Sequence record: MT661596.1
DNA length: 64,000 bases
Direction: 5' to 3' (one strand)
Shown: positions 26,654-35,876 of the stretch, in pieces
How positions within the stretch are numbered: position 1 is the stretch's first letter
Layout: each line of letters begins with the position of its first letter
Program-made: the position numbers and the translations under genes
The notes under the pieces: model-generated
What the model was told of the DNA's origin: nothing
Seen by the model: only the letters and a program-made list of their open reading frames with translations
Databases searched by the model: none

Positions 26654-28186
26654 ATGCATTTAACTTATAGCACAAAGTCAACAACAGACAGAGTGTACTT
26701 AAATGAAATCATCGTTGTTCACGATGAAGAAGCCGTAGTGTTTCACGAACAACCGTTTTACAAGTCCGAAGAAAAAGACCACCATGACACCTTTGCAGAA
26801 ATCAATGGTTACATTGCAGCGTGTATTCCAAGAGAAACACAAAAACGCATGTTTGATATTTATAAGGAGATAAAAGAAACTTTAGATACCGTAAAACCAG
26901 AACCAAAAGCGCTAATCCCTATTCTTTCACCTCTTGTCATAGAGCTGTATAGTTATACAAGCATTGTTGATTTAAATGTATGGATGTATAAAAACAGATT
27001 ACATCATGTACCTTCAATCATTCCAGAAGTAATCCCCTCAGGTAAAGAATATCCGCCAGAAACAACTTATGTGAAAGATGAGTATATTGGTATTATTAAT
27101 CTATCTGTACTTCTTCATCTTGCAGCTCCATTCCTTGGAGATTACATTAATAAGATATCACGAATAACAGGTGGGTTCTTTAAAGAACCAGCTGGTTTAG
27201 AGTTATTAGAGTACACAAGTGTGATGGATACAAAAGCAATGCATAAGTTGCGAGAGTATATCACAGCTAGTTGTTCTAAGAAACCTGTTCCGTTAAGTGC
27301 TGCTTTAGAGGGTTTATCAGAAGAACGATTCCCGGAATGGTTACTGGGTAACATAGTAGCACGAAAACTCGCTATTAATCATGTTAGACGTGGTGATGAT
27401 AACGGGCACATCGTTGCAGCTATCCATGCTTACATCGGGTATAACACGAAACTAGATGGTAAGTTTGGTGGTGGTATCATGCCAAAAGACCACAGGGAGT
27501 TGATTAGCGATGATGAACGCGATAAACCTGTAATCGAAAACTGGAAGATGAAAACAGATATCTACGAAACAGATATTTGTGTTTGCGCAGTCGGTTTTGA
27601 TGATTTGGTATTAGCAGGGCAAACCATTGCACCAGGTATTACGGCAAAAATAATTAATCGTTGTGTGCGCGCTATTCCAAAAGGTTGGAATATGGAACTA
27701 TCACCACATCAGCGGTATTTAGCTGATTGGGTTATTTCAATGACGGACTATGTACCACCAGAAACAATGGACGGTTATTACGATTATGATGTTAGCTGTA
27801 AAATTATTGGATTAGCGCAGGCTGTCTTTTGGCATCTTGGTTATCCACAGCTTGCTGTATTTGTGGCAACGAGTCCTGCGAAAGAGGTGTTTGAATATTC
27901 TCGTCGTACCATCGACTCTGTCCCGGCAGCCCGTAAATTAGAAGTTGAGAGTTTATACGGTGTCATGCTGGATAAACGTTCAGGTCCTAATGACGGATTG
28001 GTAAGTAGGACATTAGATGAAATTGTATCTTCCTTAACAAATGGTGTCTACACAGTCAGTGGTCCAGATGAATTACTTGCTGAATCAATGTGTGTTGATA
28101 TCGATAGACAACTAATAGTTCCAAGTGATGTTAACTTTAAACTATTAGACTTCATACAGTTTGTGGCAACAAACAATCAAAAGTAA
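26654..28186 (+). CDS. nvRNAP specificity (sigma-like) subunit, phiKZ gp68-like
   Basis: 510 aa; size and position three genes before nvRNAP beta; early promoter. Confidence 0.68.
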   Translation: MHLTYSTKSTTDRVYLNEIIVVHDEEAVVFHEQPFYKSEEKDHHDTFAEINGYIAACIPRETQKRMFDIYKEIKETLDTVKPEPKALIPILSPLVIELYSYTSIVDLNVWMYKNRLHHVPSIIPEVIPSGKEYPPETTYVKDEYIGIINLSVLLHLAAPFLGDYINKISRITGGFFKEPAGLELLEYTSVMDTKAMHKLREYITASCSKKPVPLSAALEGLSEERFPEWLLGNIVARKLAINHVRRGDDNGHIVAAIHAYIGYNTKLDGKFGGGIMPKDHRELISDDERDKPVIENWKMKTDIYETDICVCAVGFDDLVLAGQTIAPGITAKIINRCVRAIPKGWNMELSPHQRYLADWVISMTDYVPPETMDGYYDYDVSCKIIGLAQAVFWHLGYPQLAVFVATSPAKEVFEYSRRTIDSVPAARKLEVESLYGVMLDKRSGPNDGLVSRTLDEIVSSLTNGVYTVSGPDELLAESMCVDIDRQLIVPSDVNFKLLDFIQFVATNNQK

Positions 28187-28221
28187 ACCAATTAATAATT
28201 TCTTAATAAGGGCAAAGCAAA

Positions 28222-29718
28222 ATGTTACATCAAAATCACCAATCTCAAGGTTACGTTGAAAAAGCTGTACTGTGCCGTACTCCAGGGTACGCATCAATGT
28301 ACCGTCGCCCATATCTACCAAATTTAAGTCAAGATGCCCGTGTTGTTTTAGGTGAAGTCGGCGCTAACACCGGTTGGTCAGCAGCAGCTATTGCACCCGT
28401 AGCTGCAACAATGCTATTGCCTCAGATTCAAACAGAGTCTCAGGCGTTTATTGCAAATGGCTGGGATTCCGAACGTTGTGTCTGTAACTTAAAAATCGTT
28501 CACGGTACTAATGAATCAGGAACCGTTAAATACGTTCAATATCTTACAGGGTACACAAATCACATGGGTATGATGAAACACCCTAATGGATTAATCGTTG
28601 TTGACCCTAATATGGAAGTGTATTTTAACAACTCCCTAATTTACCAGGAAACAGTATACACGAACGGTATGGGTATTTCTCAGGTCAGTATCGTGCCTGT
28701 TGATGCATCCCAGTTAGTTATGGGTAATGCGGCTGCAAGTATGTACGACCCAAGAGACTATAGTCTTCGTCCTGCTGATGTGTATAGTACCATCAATAGT
28801 TCTATCTTGATGGAAACAACGAATCGTTATGACACTAGTCGTGGCACACAACCTTCAACAGCTAACTTGTATGATTCCCGTGTTCAGTTCCAGCAAGGGA
28901 CACCATTTAAGAAATCATCACGTAGCAACTTATCACCTTCTAACTATCTGTCTAAGTTGTTAACAACCGCAGCAGATGTTGCGTTACAGAATGCAGGTAT
29001 CCCAACAGACCCAGGTGAAGTTAGTACACAAATTCAATCTGGTCTTGCAGAAGGATATATCACATCAGACCAAACATTACGCGCTATGCTAGACCGTACT
29101 GGGTTAGCAGAAAATCGTTTTGTTCGTTGGGGTGAGTTAATTCAGCTATACCCTAACCTTGAAAGTGTTGTTGTGAAAGCAGGTATGGATTCGGCACAAG
29201 TTCAGGGCGCTGTAGGTATGACTGGCTCTGCAGACTTCGCAGCAGCTTCATACAGTTGCGTGTTAGCACATACCTTGTATAACACAGCAACGTCTATCAT
29301 GATGGAAGATATGATTTCGACTATCCATATTAGTGGTAATAACATGTCAGCAACAAATATCACAACAGGTATTAATGCTGGTGATTTCATCTTAAATACA
29401 ACGTATGCGGAAAGCTTTATTGATGGTCGTCCTGTTGAGCTTATCTGTGAAGGGTTCAAGAGTCGTCTTGTTGCAGAACTCCTTGTTGGGTTCACAAGAC
29501 ATAACCATGTACCTATTGCATTCAATATCGCAATGAGTATGTTTGGTGAATCTGTTGTTGACATATCTTACAACAATGAAATGATGGAGCGCTATCCATT
29601 CCCGGCATTTGCTGATTCTGCATTCACACCGGTCTTAACAGCAAATAGAACTAACCTAATGACTCTCGCGTCAGAAACTCGAGCTCTAAACAATTCACTT
29701 CTTAATCAACTTATCTAA
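28222..29718 (+). CDS. picA: nuclear import factor PicA/Imp1 candidate (phiKZ gp69-like)
   Basis: 498 aa directly after gp68-like gene; assignment by synteny and size. Confidence 0.6.
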   Translation: MLHQNHQSQGYVEKAVLCRTPGYASMYRRPYLPNLSQDARVVLGEVGANTGWSAAAIAPVAATMLLPQIQTESQAFIANGWDSERCVCNLKIVHGTNESGTVKYVQYLTGYTNHMGMMKHPNGLIVVDPNMEVYFNNSLIYQETVYTNGMGISQVSIVPVDASQLVMGNAAASMYDPRDYSLRPADVYSTINSSILMETTNRYDTSRGTQPSTANLYDSRVQFQQGTPFKKSSRSNLSPSNYLSKLLTTAADVALQNAGIPTDPGEVSTQIQSGLAEGYITSDQTLRAMLDRTGLAENRFVRWGELIQLYPNLESVVVKAGMDSAQVQGAVGMTGSADFAAASYSCVLAHTLYNTATSIMMEDMISTIHISGNNMSATNITTGINAGDFILNTTYAESFIDGRPVELICEGFKSRLVAELLVGFTRHNHVPIAFNIAMSMFGESVVDISYNNEMMERYPFPAFADSAFTPVLTANRTNLMTLASETRALNNSLLNQLI

Positions 29719-29733
29719 TTGGAATTTAAATAA

Positions 29734-31218
29734 ATGACTATCTTAGAATATTACCAGAAATTAATCGAGTCAATGGGTTATGTTGTTAATGACAACGGCG
29801 AAGTGCTGTTCGAAACAAGTAAAGGGGAGATGTCCCCTATTCGTATCGACGGTAAAGCTCTGGTCTTACCAACAAAAGAGTTCCAAAACAAACCGGATTG
29901 GAACACTAAAGTTGCGTTCCACCCATTGAGTGAATCTATCGCGCGTGGCGAGTCTGAAGTAATTCAGAAACTGCAGGATATGATTCGTGTTCAAATGTGG
30001 AAGCAATATACTTCTGTTGGTGAAACTTTATTGGTAATGGCTGCAAATGACACACCTAAAGGCGGGTTAACAGCAGCACAAACTAAAATCTTAAGTGTAC
30101 TAGCAGATGCGGATGAGAAGACAGTTAAGGCTTTTGGCTCTATTATCTCTCGAAGCACAACAGCAATAGAAGAAGGTGAAGACCGAAGAATTCTTAATCT
30201 GTATCTTCGTCGCGGTGGGACAGCAAACGGTGAGCGTTATTCGCGTCAATGTGTTGTGTCATTCCCTCTGTATGAAGCTATTTGTGCAGCGGAAGATTCT
30301 AAAGACCGTAAAGTATTTGGTGTGGAACTGCGCGTTAAAGATATCAAGGTTCTAAAAGCACTGCACGAAGTTATGTTACCAGGTAGTGATACTGGTGCTT
30401 ATAATTACGGAACAACCGCATCTATTGCACCTTACTTTGTATCACTGATGGGTGCCTATGTTAACATGGCTAATCAGTTAAACAATGTTATTAAACCGTT
30501 CATGCGTTTAACAAAAAGTGTTAAACCTATTGATACGTCTTGGGATGTTGGTGACGACCTTAAACAATACCGTGCAATGATTCCACCGATGCCGTATAAC
30601 GAAGGTCATGATGTGTTTGGTAAGCAAGAAGCAACACCTCAACCTGTTGCTCAACAACCAGCAATCCAACCACCTTCTATGAATCTTAACCAATCAACAA
30701 CGCCTGCACAAACACAACAACCTCAATATCAACAACCTACTGCGCCAACACACCCACCAAAGGTTAAGCCAGAATCTACTGGTAATGGTCTTAAGTGGGG
30801 TAGTCTGCCATTAGGTCAACAACAACAGCAAATGCAAATGGGTTTCCAACAACCAATGGGTATGATGCAACCTCAAATGCCAATGCAGATGCCAATGCAG
30901 AGTGGTGTAATGACGCAATCTCCGTATCAAGCAGGTATGATGCAGCCACAACAAATGCAACAACCGATGATGAACCCATGGCAGCAGCAGATGCCATTGA
31001 TGGCTAATGGGATGCCTCAACCACCAATGCCTCAACCAACTCAACCACAACAACAGTTCCAACCGCAGATGGGTATGCAGCAACCACCAATGATGCAAGC
31101 TCAGATGCAGATGTATCCACAATTTCAACCTCAATTCCAGCAACCAATGGGTTTCCAACAACCAATGGGAATGCCACCAATGGGTGGGGTGCAGATTCCA
31201 GGTATGAAGTTTCGTTAA
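29734..31218 (+). CDS. phiKZ gp70-like protein with long Q/P/M-rich C-terminal tail
   Basis: About 295-aa globular part plus about 200-aa low-complexity tail. Confidence 0.7.
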   Translation: MTILEYYQKLIESMGYVVNDNGEVLFETSKGEMSPIRIDGKALVLPTKEFQNKPDWNTKVAFHPLSESIARGESEVIQKLQDMIRVQMWKQYTSVGETLLVMAANDTPKGGLTAAQTKILSVLADADEKTVKAFGSIISRSTTAIEEGEDRRILNLYLRRGGTANGERYSRQCVVSFPLYEAICAAEDSKDRKVFGVELRVKDIKVLKALHEVMLPGSDTGAYNYGTTASIAPYFVSLMGAYVNMANQLNNVIKPFMRLTKSVKPIDTSWDVGDDLKQYRAMIPPMPYNEGHDVFGKQEATPQPVAQQPAIQPPSMNLNQSTTPAQTQQPQYQQPTAPTHPPKVKPESTGNGLKWGSLPLGQQQQQMQMGFQQPMGMMQPQMPMQMPMQSGVMTQSPYQAGMMQPQQMQQPMMNPWQQQMPLMANGMPQPPMPQPTQPQQQFQPQMGMQQPPMMQAQMQMYPQFQPQFQQPMGFQQPMGMPPMGGVQIPGMKFR

Positions 31219-31230
31219 ATAAACACAAAC

Positions 31231-31265
31231 CGGCATAACAGGAGCTCCTTTCGGGGAGCTCCTTA
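31231..31265 (-). terminator. hairpin + TTATGCCG element (minus strand)
   Basis: CGGCATAA then AGGAGCTCC-TTTC-GGGGAGCTCCT, convergent genes. Confidence 0.65.
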
Positions 31266-31273
31266 TCAGCCAA

Positions 31274-31627
31274 TCATTTTTTATTTGGTTTAATCTGATT
31301 CATACGAAATAAGTTAATAGTGTTAACCAATAACTCCTCATCTTCATCAATTAGATATAACCCGTTTTCTAAAGGATACCAATCTACCGTATTGGTTATT
31401 CCGTTTAGATGCATTGTCAGCCAGTGTAGGTGTTGCGGTACACCTATCTCTGCTAGAAACATTCTAAAATCACCATGCTCGTTATAAGAAACTAAATCAA
31501 TGGGAACGTTCGTTGGTTTAATTTTCTTTCTTAACATGGGGATGTGATGTTGTAAAACAACTCTAAATGATGGGTCGTAATATATCCGTTGTTTAGCCAC
31601 TTGTAATTTATTCTGCACACCAAGCAT
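31274..31627 (-). CDS. conserved small hypothetical protein
   Basis: 117 aa on opposite strand before nvRNAP beta. Confidence 0.7.
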   Translation of the reverse strand: MLGVQNKLQVAKQRIYYDPSFRVVLQHHIPMLRKKIKPTNVPIDLVSYNEHGDFRMFLAEIGVPQHLHWLTMHLNGITNTVDWYPLENGLYLIDEDEELLVNTINLFRMNQIKPNKK

Positions 31628-31655
31628 TTTTGTTCACCCGTTAGATAATAATAAA

Positions 31656-31665
31656 CCTATATTAT
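31656..31665 (+). promoter_or_regulatory. early-type promoter motif
   Basis: AAACCTATATTAT. Confidence 0.7.
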
Positions 31666-31698
31666 CTAATTGAATATCAACTAATAATCACGGAGTTC

Positions 31699-33810
31699 AT
31701 GATGGATAACGTAGTAGAAGCAAGTCAATTATCACCAGAGTTACTTGGTGGTATTATGGCGTTAAACCCAACCATTCATGGAGATAGTAGTCCACGTTCA
31801 GCAATGTTCGGTAGTCACATTGGGCAATGTGTCGTTATCGAGGGTAGTGAACCACGGATGATGAAGACAGGTGTTGAATACGAATACGGTAAACAAACCT
31901 TTAAAGTAGTCGCGCCTTGTGATATGCGTATCACCAACGTATTTAAACGATTTGAGGAAACTTACGGTTATAATGCAATTAAGAAGAACCCTGAAATCTA
32001 TGTAATTTATGAACGACTAACTAATAAAACAAGAAATACTTCGGGAATGAATGTCTTCGGTGTATTAAAGATACCTACATATCACACTAAAAATCACGCA
32101 TTGGGTTTTAAATACGTATTAAATAAGAAAGCGTTACAACTACTTCGTCCGGGTAACATTGTTCAAGAAGGTACGGTGTTTGCACAATCACCTAACTTAA
32201 CTGAAACAGGAGATTACAAATACGGTATTAATGCTAACGTAGCTTTTATGTCAACACCAGAAGCTGAACAGGATGGGTTTGTTGTAACGGATGAATTTGC
32301 TGAGCGTTTAGCGTGCACAAAAATAGAATCAAGAATCGTGTCGTGGGGTGAGAATAAAATCTTACTTAACTTATACGGTGATGATACTGTTTATAAGGCG
32401 TATCCTGATATTGGTGAATGTATTCGTCCAGATGGATTATTGTTTGCCATTAGAACAATACGCCCGGGGTTTGGTATCACATCGATGACACCTAAAGCAC
32501 TTAGAACTATAAACCCAATCTTTGATGAATTGGTTTATGCTGAAGCAGGTGCTGAAATCATTAATGTGAATATCAAGTCTGATAGAATGCGTACCGGGCG
32601 TCAGGAAGTTCAGTTCTATGATAAACAATCTGAGAAGTATGAAAGTGCGTCCAGGGTGTTCTCTAAGAATATCCGTGATATGTACGAACGCATGTCCAGA
32701 CAGCATCCTAAGACGCTTGTGTTAGAAAACGAACTAAATCTACTTATAACTGACGCAATATCAGATACAGGTGGCTTAGACCGTAAGCTTAACGCACAGG
32801 GTCAAATCATCAGTATGGATAAAGGTGCCCAAATCTACAACAAAGTACCTATTGGTGATTGGCGTGCTGAAGTGAGCTATGTTAAACGATTAAAAGCAGG
32901 TGTAAGATTCAAGCTGACCGATACTCACGGCGGTAAAGGAGTTATCGTAAAAGTTATACCTAAAGCAGACGCACCTGTCGATGAATATGGTAATGTTGCT
33001 GATGTAATAATGGATGATGGTTCTATCACTAAACGTATGAACTTAGGTAAACCAGCAGAGCAGTGGATTAATGGTGCTTCTCGTTGGGTTCATCGTAATG
33101 TCAAACAGTTTGTTTCAGAAGGTAAGCTTGATGAAGCGTGGGATTATTTATTAGGGTATTATAAAGCAGCTGCCTATGAACAGTATGAGTTAATGTCTGG
33201 CGGTAATTACAACGACCAGGCTTACAGGCACATGCATGTTAATTGGGTGGCTGAGCATGGCGTAGAACTCTGGACACCAACAGATAGAAAATATTACGGT
33301 GCAGAGCAGATACGCCGTATAATGAAGAACTACGATTACCCAATAACACCTGTCACATACAGAGCACCTAATGGTGAGTTTGTTAAAACTAAAGACCCTG
33401 TATTGATTGCACCACTCTACATTATCCTTCTCGAAAAGATGGGTGAATACTGGGCGTCTTGTTCATTCCCTAAACTAACTCACTTTGGTACACTAGCACC
33501 ACTAACACAATCTGACAAATATGCGTTACCATGGCGTAACGCAGGTACTCGCTTCACAGGGGAATCTGAAATACGTCTTATCGTTGCTGCATGTGGTGGT
33601 CGTTATGCAAACAGAATATTGAGTTTTGCAAACACGCCTTCAATGCATCGTTCTGCTATGTATAAGCTATTACGTGCTGAAAACCCAATGCAGCTTAAGA
33701 GTGTTATTGATGAGAAGGAAACTCCGTTAGGTCAATCACGACCACTGAATATGTACAAGCACATTCAGAACTGTCGTGGTATTCGTTTAGGTCGTACTAA
33801 ATCATTTTAA
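31699..33810 (+). CDS. non-virion RNA polymerase beta C-terminal subunit (gp71-73-like)
   Basis: DSSPRSAM..SHIGQ, KLTDTHGGKGVI, RMNLG, RFTGESE. Confidence 0.92.
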   Translation: MMDNVVEASQLSPELLGGIMALNPTIHGDSSPRSAMFGSHIGQCVVIEGSEPRMMKTGVEYEYGKQTFKVVAPCDMRITNVFKRFEETYGYNAIKKNPEIYVIYERLTNKTRNTSGMNVFGVLKIPTYHTKNHALGFKYVLNKKALQLLRPGNIVQEGTVFAQSPNLTETGDYKYGINANVAFMSTPEAEQDGFVVTDEFAERLACTKIESRIVSWGENKILLNLYGDDTVYKAYPDIGECIRPDGLLFAIRTIRPGFGITSMTPKALRTINPIFDELVYAEAGAEIINVNIKSDRMRTGRQEVQFYDKQSEKYESASRVFSKNIRDMYERMSRQHPKTLVLENELNLLITDAISDTGGLDRKLNAQGQIISMDKGAQIYNKVPIGDWRAEVSYVKRLKAGVRFKLTDTHGGKGVIVKVIPKADAPVDEYGNVADVIMDDGSITKRMNLGKPAEQWINGASRWVHRNVKQFVSEGKLDEAWDYLLGYYKAAAYEQYELMSGGNYNDQAYRHMHVNWVAEHGVELWTPTDRKYYGAEQIRRIMKNYDYPITPVTYRAPNGEFVKTKDPVLIAPLYIILLEKMGEYWASCSFPKLTHFGTLAPLTQSDKYALPWRNAGTRFTGESEIRLIVAACGGRYANRILSFANTPSMHRSAMYKLLRAENPMQLKSVIDEKETPLGQSRPLNMYKHIQNCRGIRLGRTKSF

Positions 33811-33832
33811 TAACCTGAGGTAAGATATAAAG

Positions 33833-35860
33833 ATGCGCACATTTACATGGAAAGAACTATTGGGTATGACAGAGCAAGAAATCTGGGCGTTAGACCCGGG
33901 TGATAATCCAATGGTTACTGTGAAAGCAGCTGATGCTGATGTCAATATCTTGACAAGGGTTCTTATTAATAACTGGTATCTTTGGCCGTTCCATCGAATG
34001 GGTATCAAGAATACAAAAAATATTGACGAACCTTGGTATATTAGACCGCCTCATATCAAACCTATTGACATGCCGTTGGAGAAACGGCACTTCATTACTA
34101 CTTTTAGAAATAGTAATAAAAAGATGCTGAGTATATTGACTGAGGGTTATCGTGATTACTATAAAAGAAATCCGGTTAAACTCGATGTAGTCAAATTAAA
34201 CAGCATGATAGCGCGCGTGATGAACCACATCAACAATGTGTTCGTGATGCGCATTCCTGAATACGTAACATCATCCACAATCAAAGATTACATCGAGATT
34301 ATGGACGAACCTTTTATCAAGGAGCTTAAAGCTAACCTAGAACCTAATCAAAACTCTATACGTAACGGGTATGATGAAGCTACCAAATACATCATGAAGT
34401 CTGATAAGTTTGCGCATAATCAGGTTGCTGAATATATCAAGCAGGGATTGGTGTCTAATGGACAAGCTATGCAATGTCTTATTGCTCGTGGTTATCTGAC
34501 AGACCATAACTCCCGTATCTTTGTTAAACCTATCCTTAGAAGTTATGGTGATGGACTAGGTAGCTTCTATGATTCATTTATTGAGTCACGGTCTGCTACT
34601 AAAGCTTATCTCTTTCAGAAGAAACCACTTGAAGACTCCGAGTGGTTTAACCGTAAGATGCAATTAGTTGGTCAGTCTGTTCAGCATATTCACCTAGGTG
34701 AGGATTGTGGGTCTACAGTAACTGTTCCTGTTGTTGTCCGTCGTGGTTGGCTGCCTATGCTAGCGGGTAAATATTATCTGCAAGAAGACGGTACGTATGG
34801 TGTTGTTTCTGAAGATGATATTCATTTAGAAAATAAAGTCATACAGATACGTTCTGCAATGTATTGTAACCATCCAGACAGAACAGGTGTGTGTGAACAC
34901 TGTTATGGACAGTTAGCTATTTCTATCCCTTACTTTAATGTACTATCTGAAGTGGGTAAAAACGAAGTTATCATTGGTCATATTTCAGCAACAGAAATAG
35001 GGCAGATGTTATCACAGAAGATGTTATCGACTAAGCACTTAGATACTTCTTCTACTGTTGACCCATTTCATGTTAAACGTAGTGATAGACTTTATATAAA
35101 ACCAGGTCTAAGAGATAATGCCGTCAGACTTAACCCTCGTTTGAAAAATGAGAAAGTCAAGATGAAGGTGTCTTTCTCTAAAACAACCACTTTGGCTGAT
35201 ATAACAACAGCGGAAGATTTGGATGAAGTAGCCACACGTATGTCAGGATTCAATGAAATGATTCTTGAGTTTGAGCGTGCTGAAGGGTTTATTGAATCTA
35301 TTCCAATAGACACTACACAAGGTTCTCGTCAAGGTCGATTCACTGTTGACTTCCTAAAATTCATGCAGCGTGTTGGTTGGGTTAACGCAGATAAAGATTT
35401 CATCATGATTGACTTATCTGAATTCGACTATGAGTGTGATGTGGTAGAGCTTCCTCTTGTGCATGAAGATATGATGGCGTATCAAAAGCAGATAGAAGGT
35501 TATATTCGATTCACAGGACAGTCTAAGTCATGGCGTGGTAAAAAGATTACACCTGATGAAGCCGGTCGTGTATTGGATGAGTTCTTCTCCCTGTTACATC
35601 AGCGGTTAAATGTTAATATTGTACATGCTGAGGTTATGTTATACGCAGTAATGGTGTGTGACCCACAATCAGGGGACTACCGATTACCAAGGGCCTATGA
35701 GGAACGTGAACTTATCTCGTATCATGAATGTATAGAACACCGTAGTTTAAGTGTTCAGTTAGTTTATCAAGAGCAAGCACAACTCATGCTTAAACAAACG
35801 ACATTCTTAAATGACCGTAGACAACCACACCCCATGGACCACTTGTTTGTAACTGACTAA
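33833..35860 (+). CDS. non-virion RNA polymerase beta' C-terminal subunit (gp74-like)
   Basis: RGYLTD, SRSATKA, DCGS, IRSAMYC..CEHCYG, SQKMLSTKH. Confidence 0.92.
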   Translation: MRTFTWKELLGMTEQEIWALDPGDNPMVTVKAADADVNILTRVLINNWYLWPFHRMGIKNTKNIDEPWYIRPPHIKPIDMPLEKRHFITTFRNSNKKMLSILTEGYRDYYKRNPVKLDVVKLNSMIARVMNHINNVFVMRIPEYVTSSTIKDYIEIMDEPFIKELKANLEPNQNSIRNGYDEATKYIMKSDKFAHNQVAEYIKQGLVSNGQAMQCLIARGYLTDHNSRIFVKPILRSYGDGLGSFYDSFIESRSATKAYLFQKKPLEDSEWFNRKMQLVGQSVQHIHLGEDCGSTVTVPVVVRRGWLPMLAGKYYLQEDGTYGVVSEDDIHLENKVIQIRSAMYCNHPDRTGVCEHCYGQLAISIPYFNVLSEVGKNEVIIGHISATEIGQMLSQKMLSTKHLDTSSTVDPFHVKRSDRLYIKPGLRDNAVRLNPRLKNEKVKMKVSFSKTTTLADITTAEDLDEVATRMSGFNEMILEFERAEGFIESIPIDTTQGSRQGRFTVDFLKFMQRVGWVNADKDFIMIDLSEFDYECDVVELPLVHEDMMAYQKQIEGYIRFTGQSKSWRGKKITPDEAGRVLDEFFSLLHQRLNVNIVHAEVMLYAVMVCDPQSGDYRLPRAYEERELISYHECIEHRSLSVQLVYQEQAQLMLKQTTFLNDRRQPHPMDHLFVTD

Positions 35861-35876
35861 AGCAAAGGGGTAAGAC

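Noticed and set aside
30791-31273. Three overlapping minus-strand ORFs
   Set aside because: Shadow frames of the Q/P/M repeat tail, whose biased codons lack stops
14914-35860. Phage nucleus machinery as a novel system
   Set aside because: Chimallin, PhuZ, PicA and the split RNAPs are already described in phiKZ-like phages
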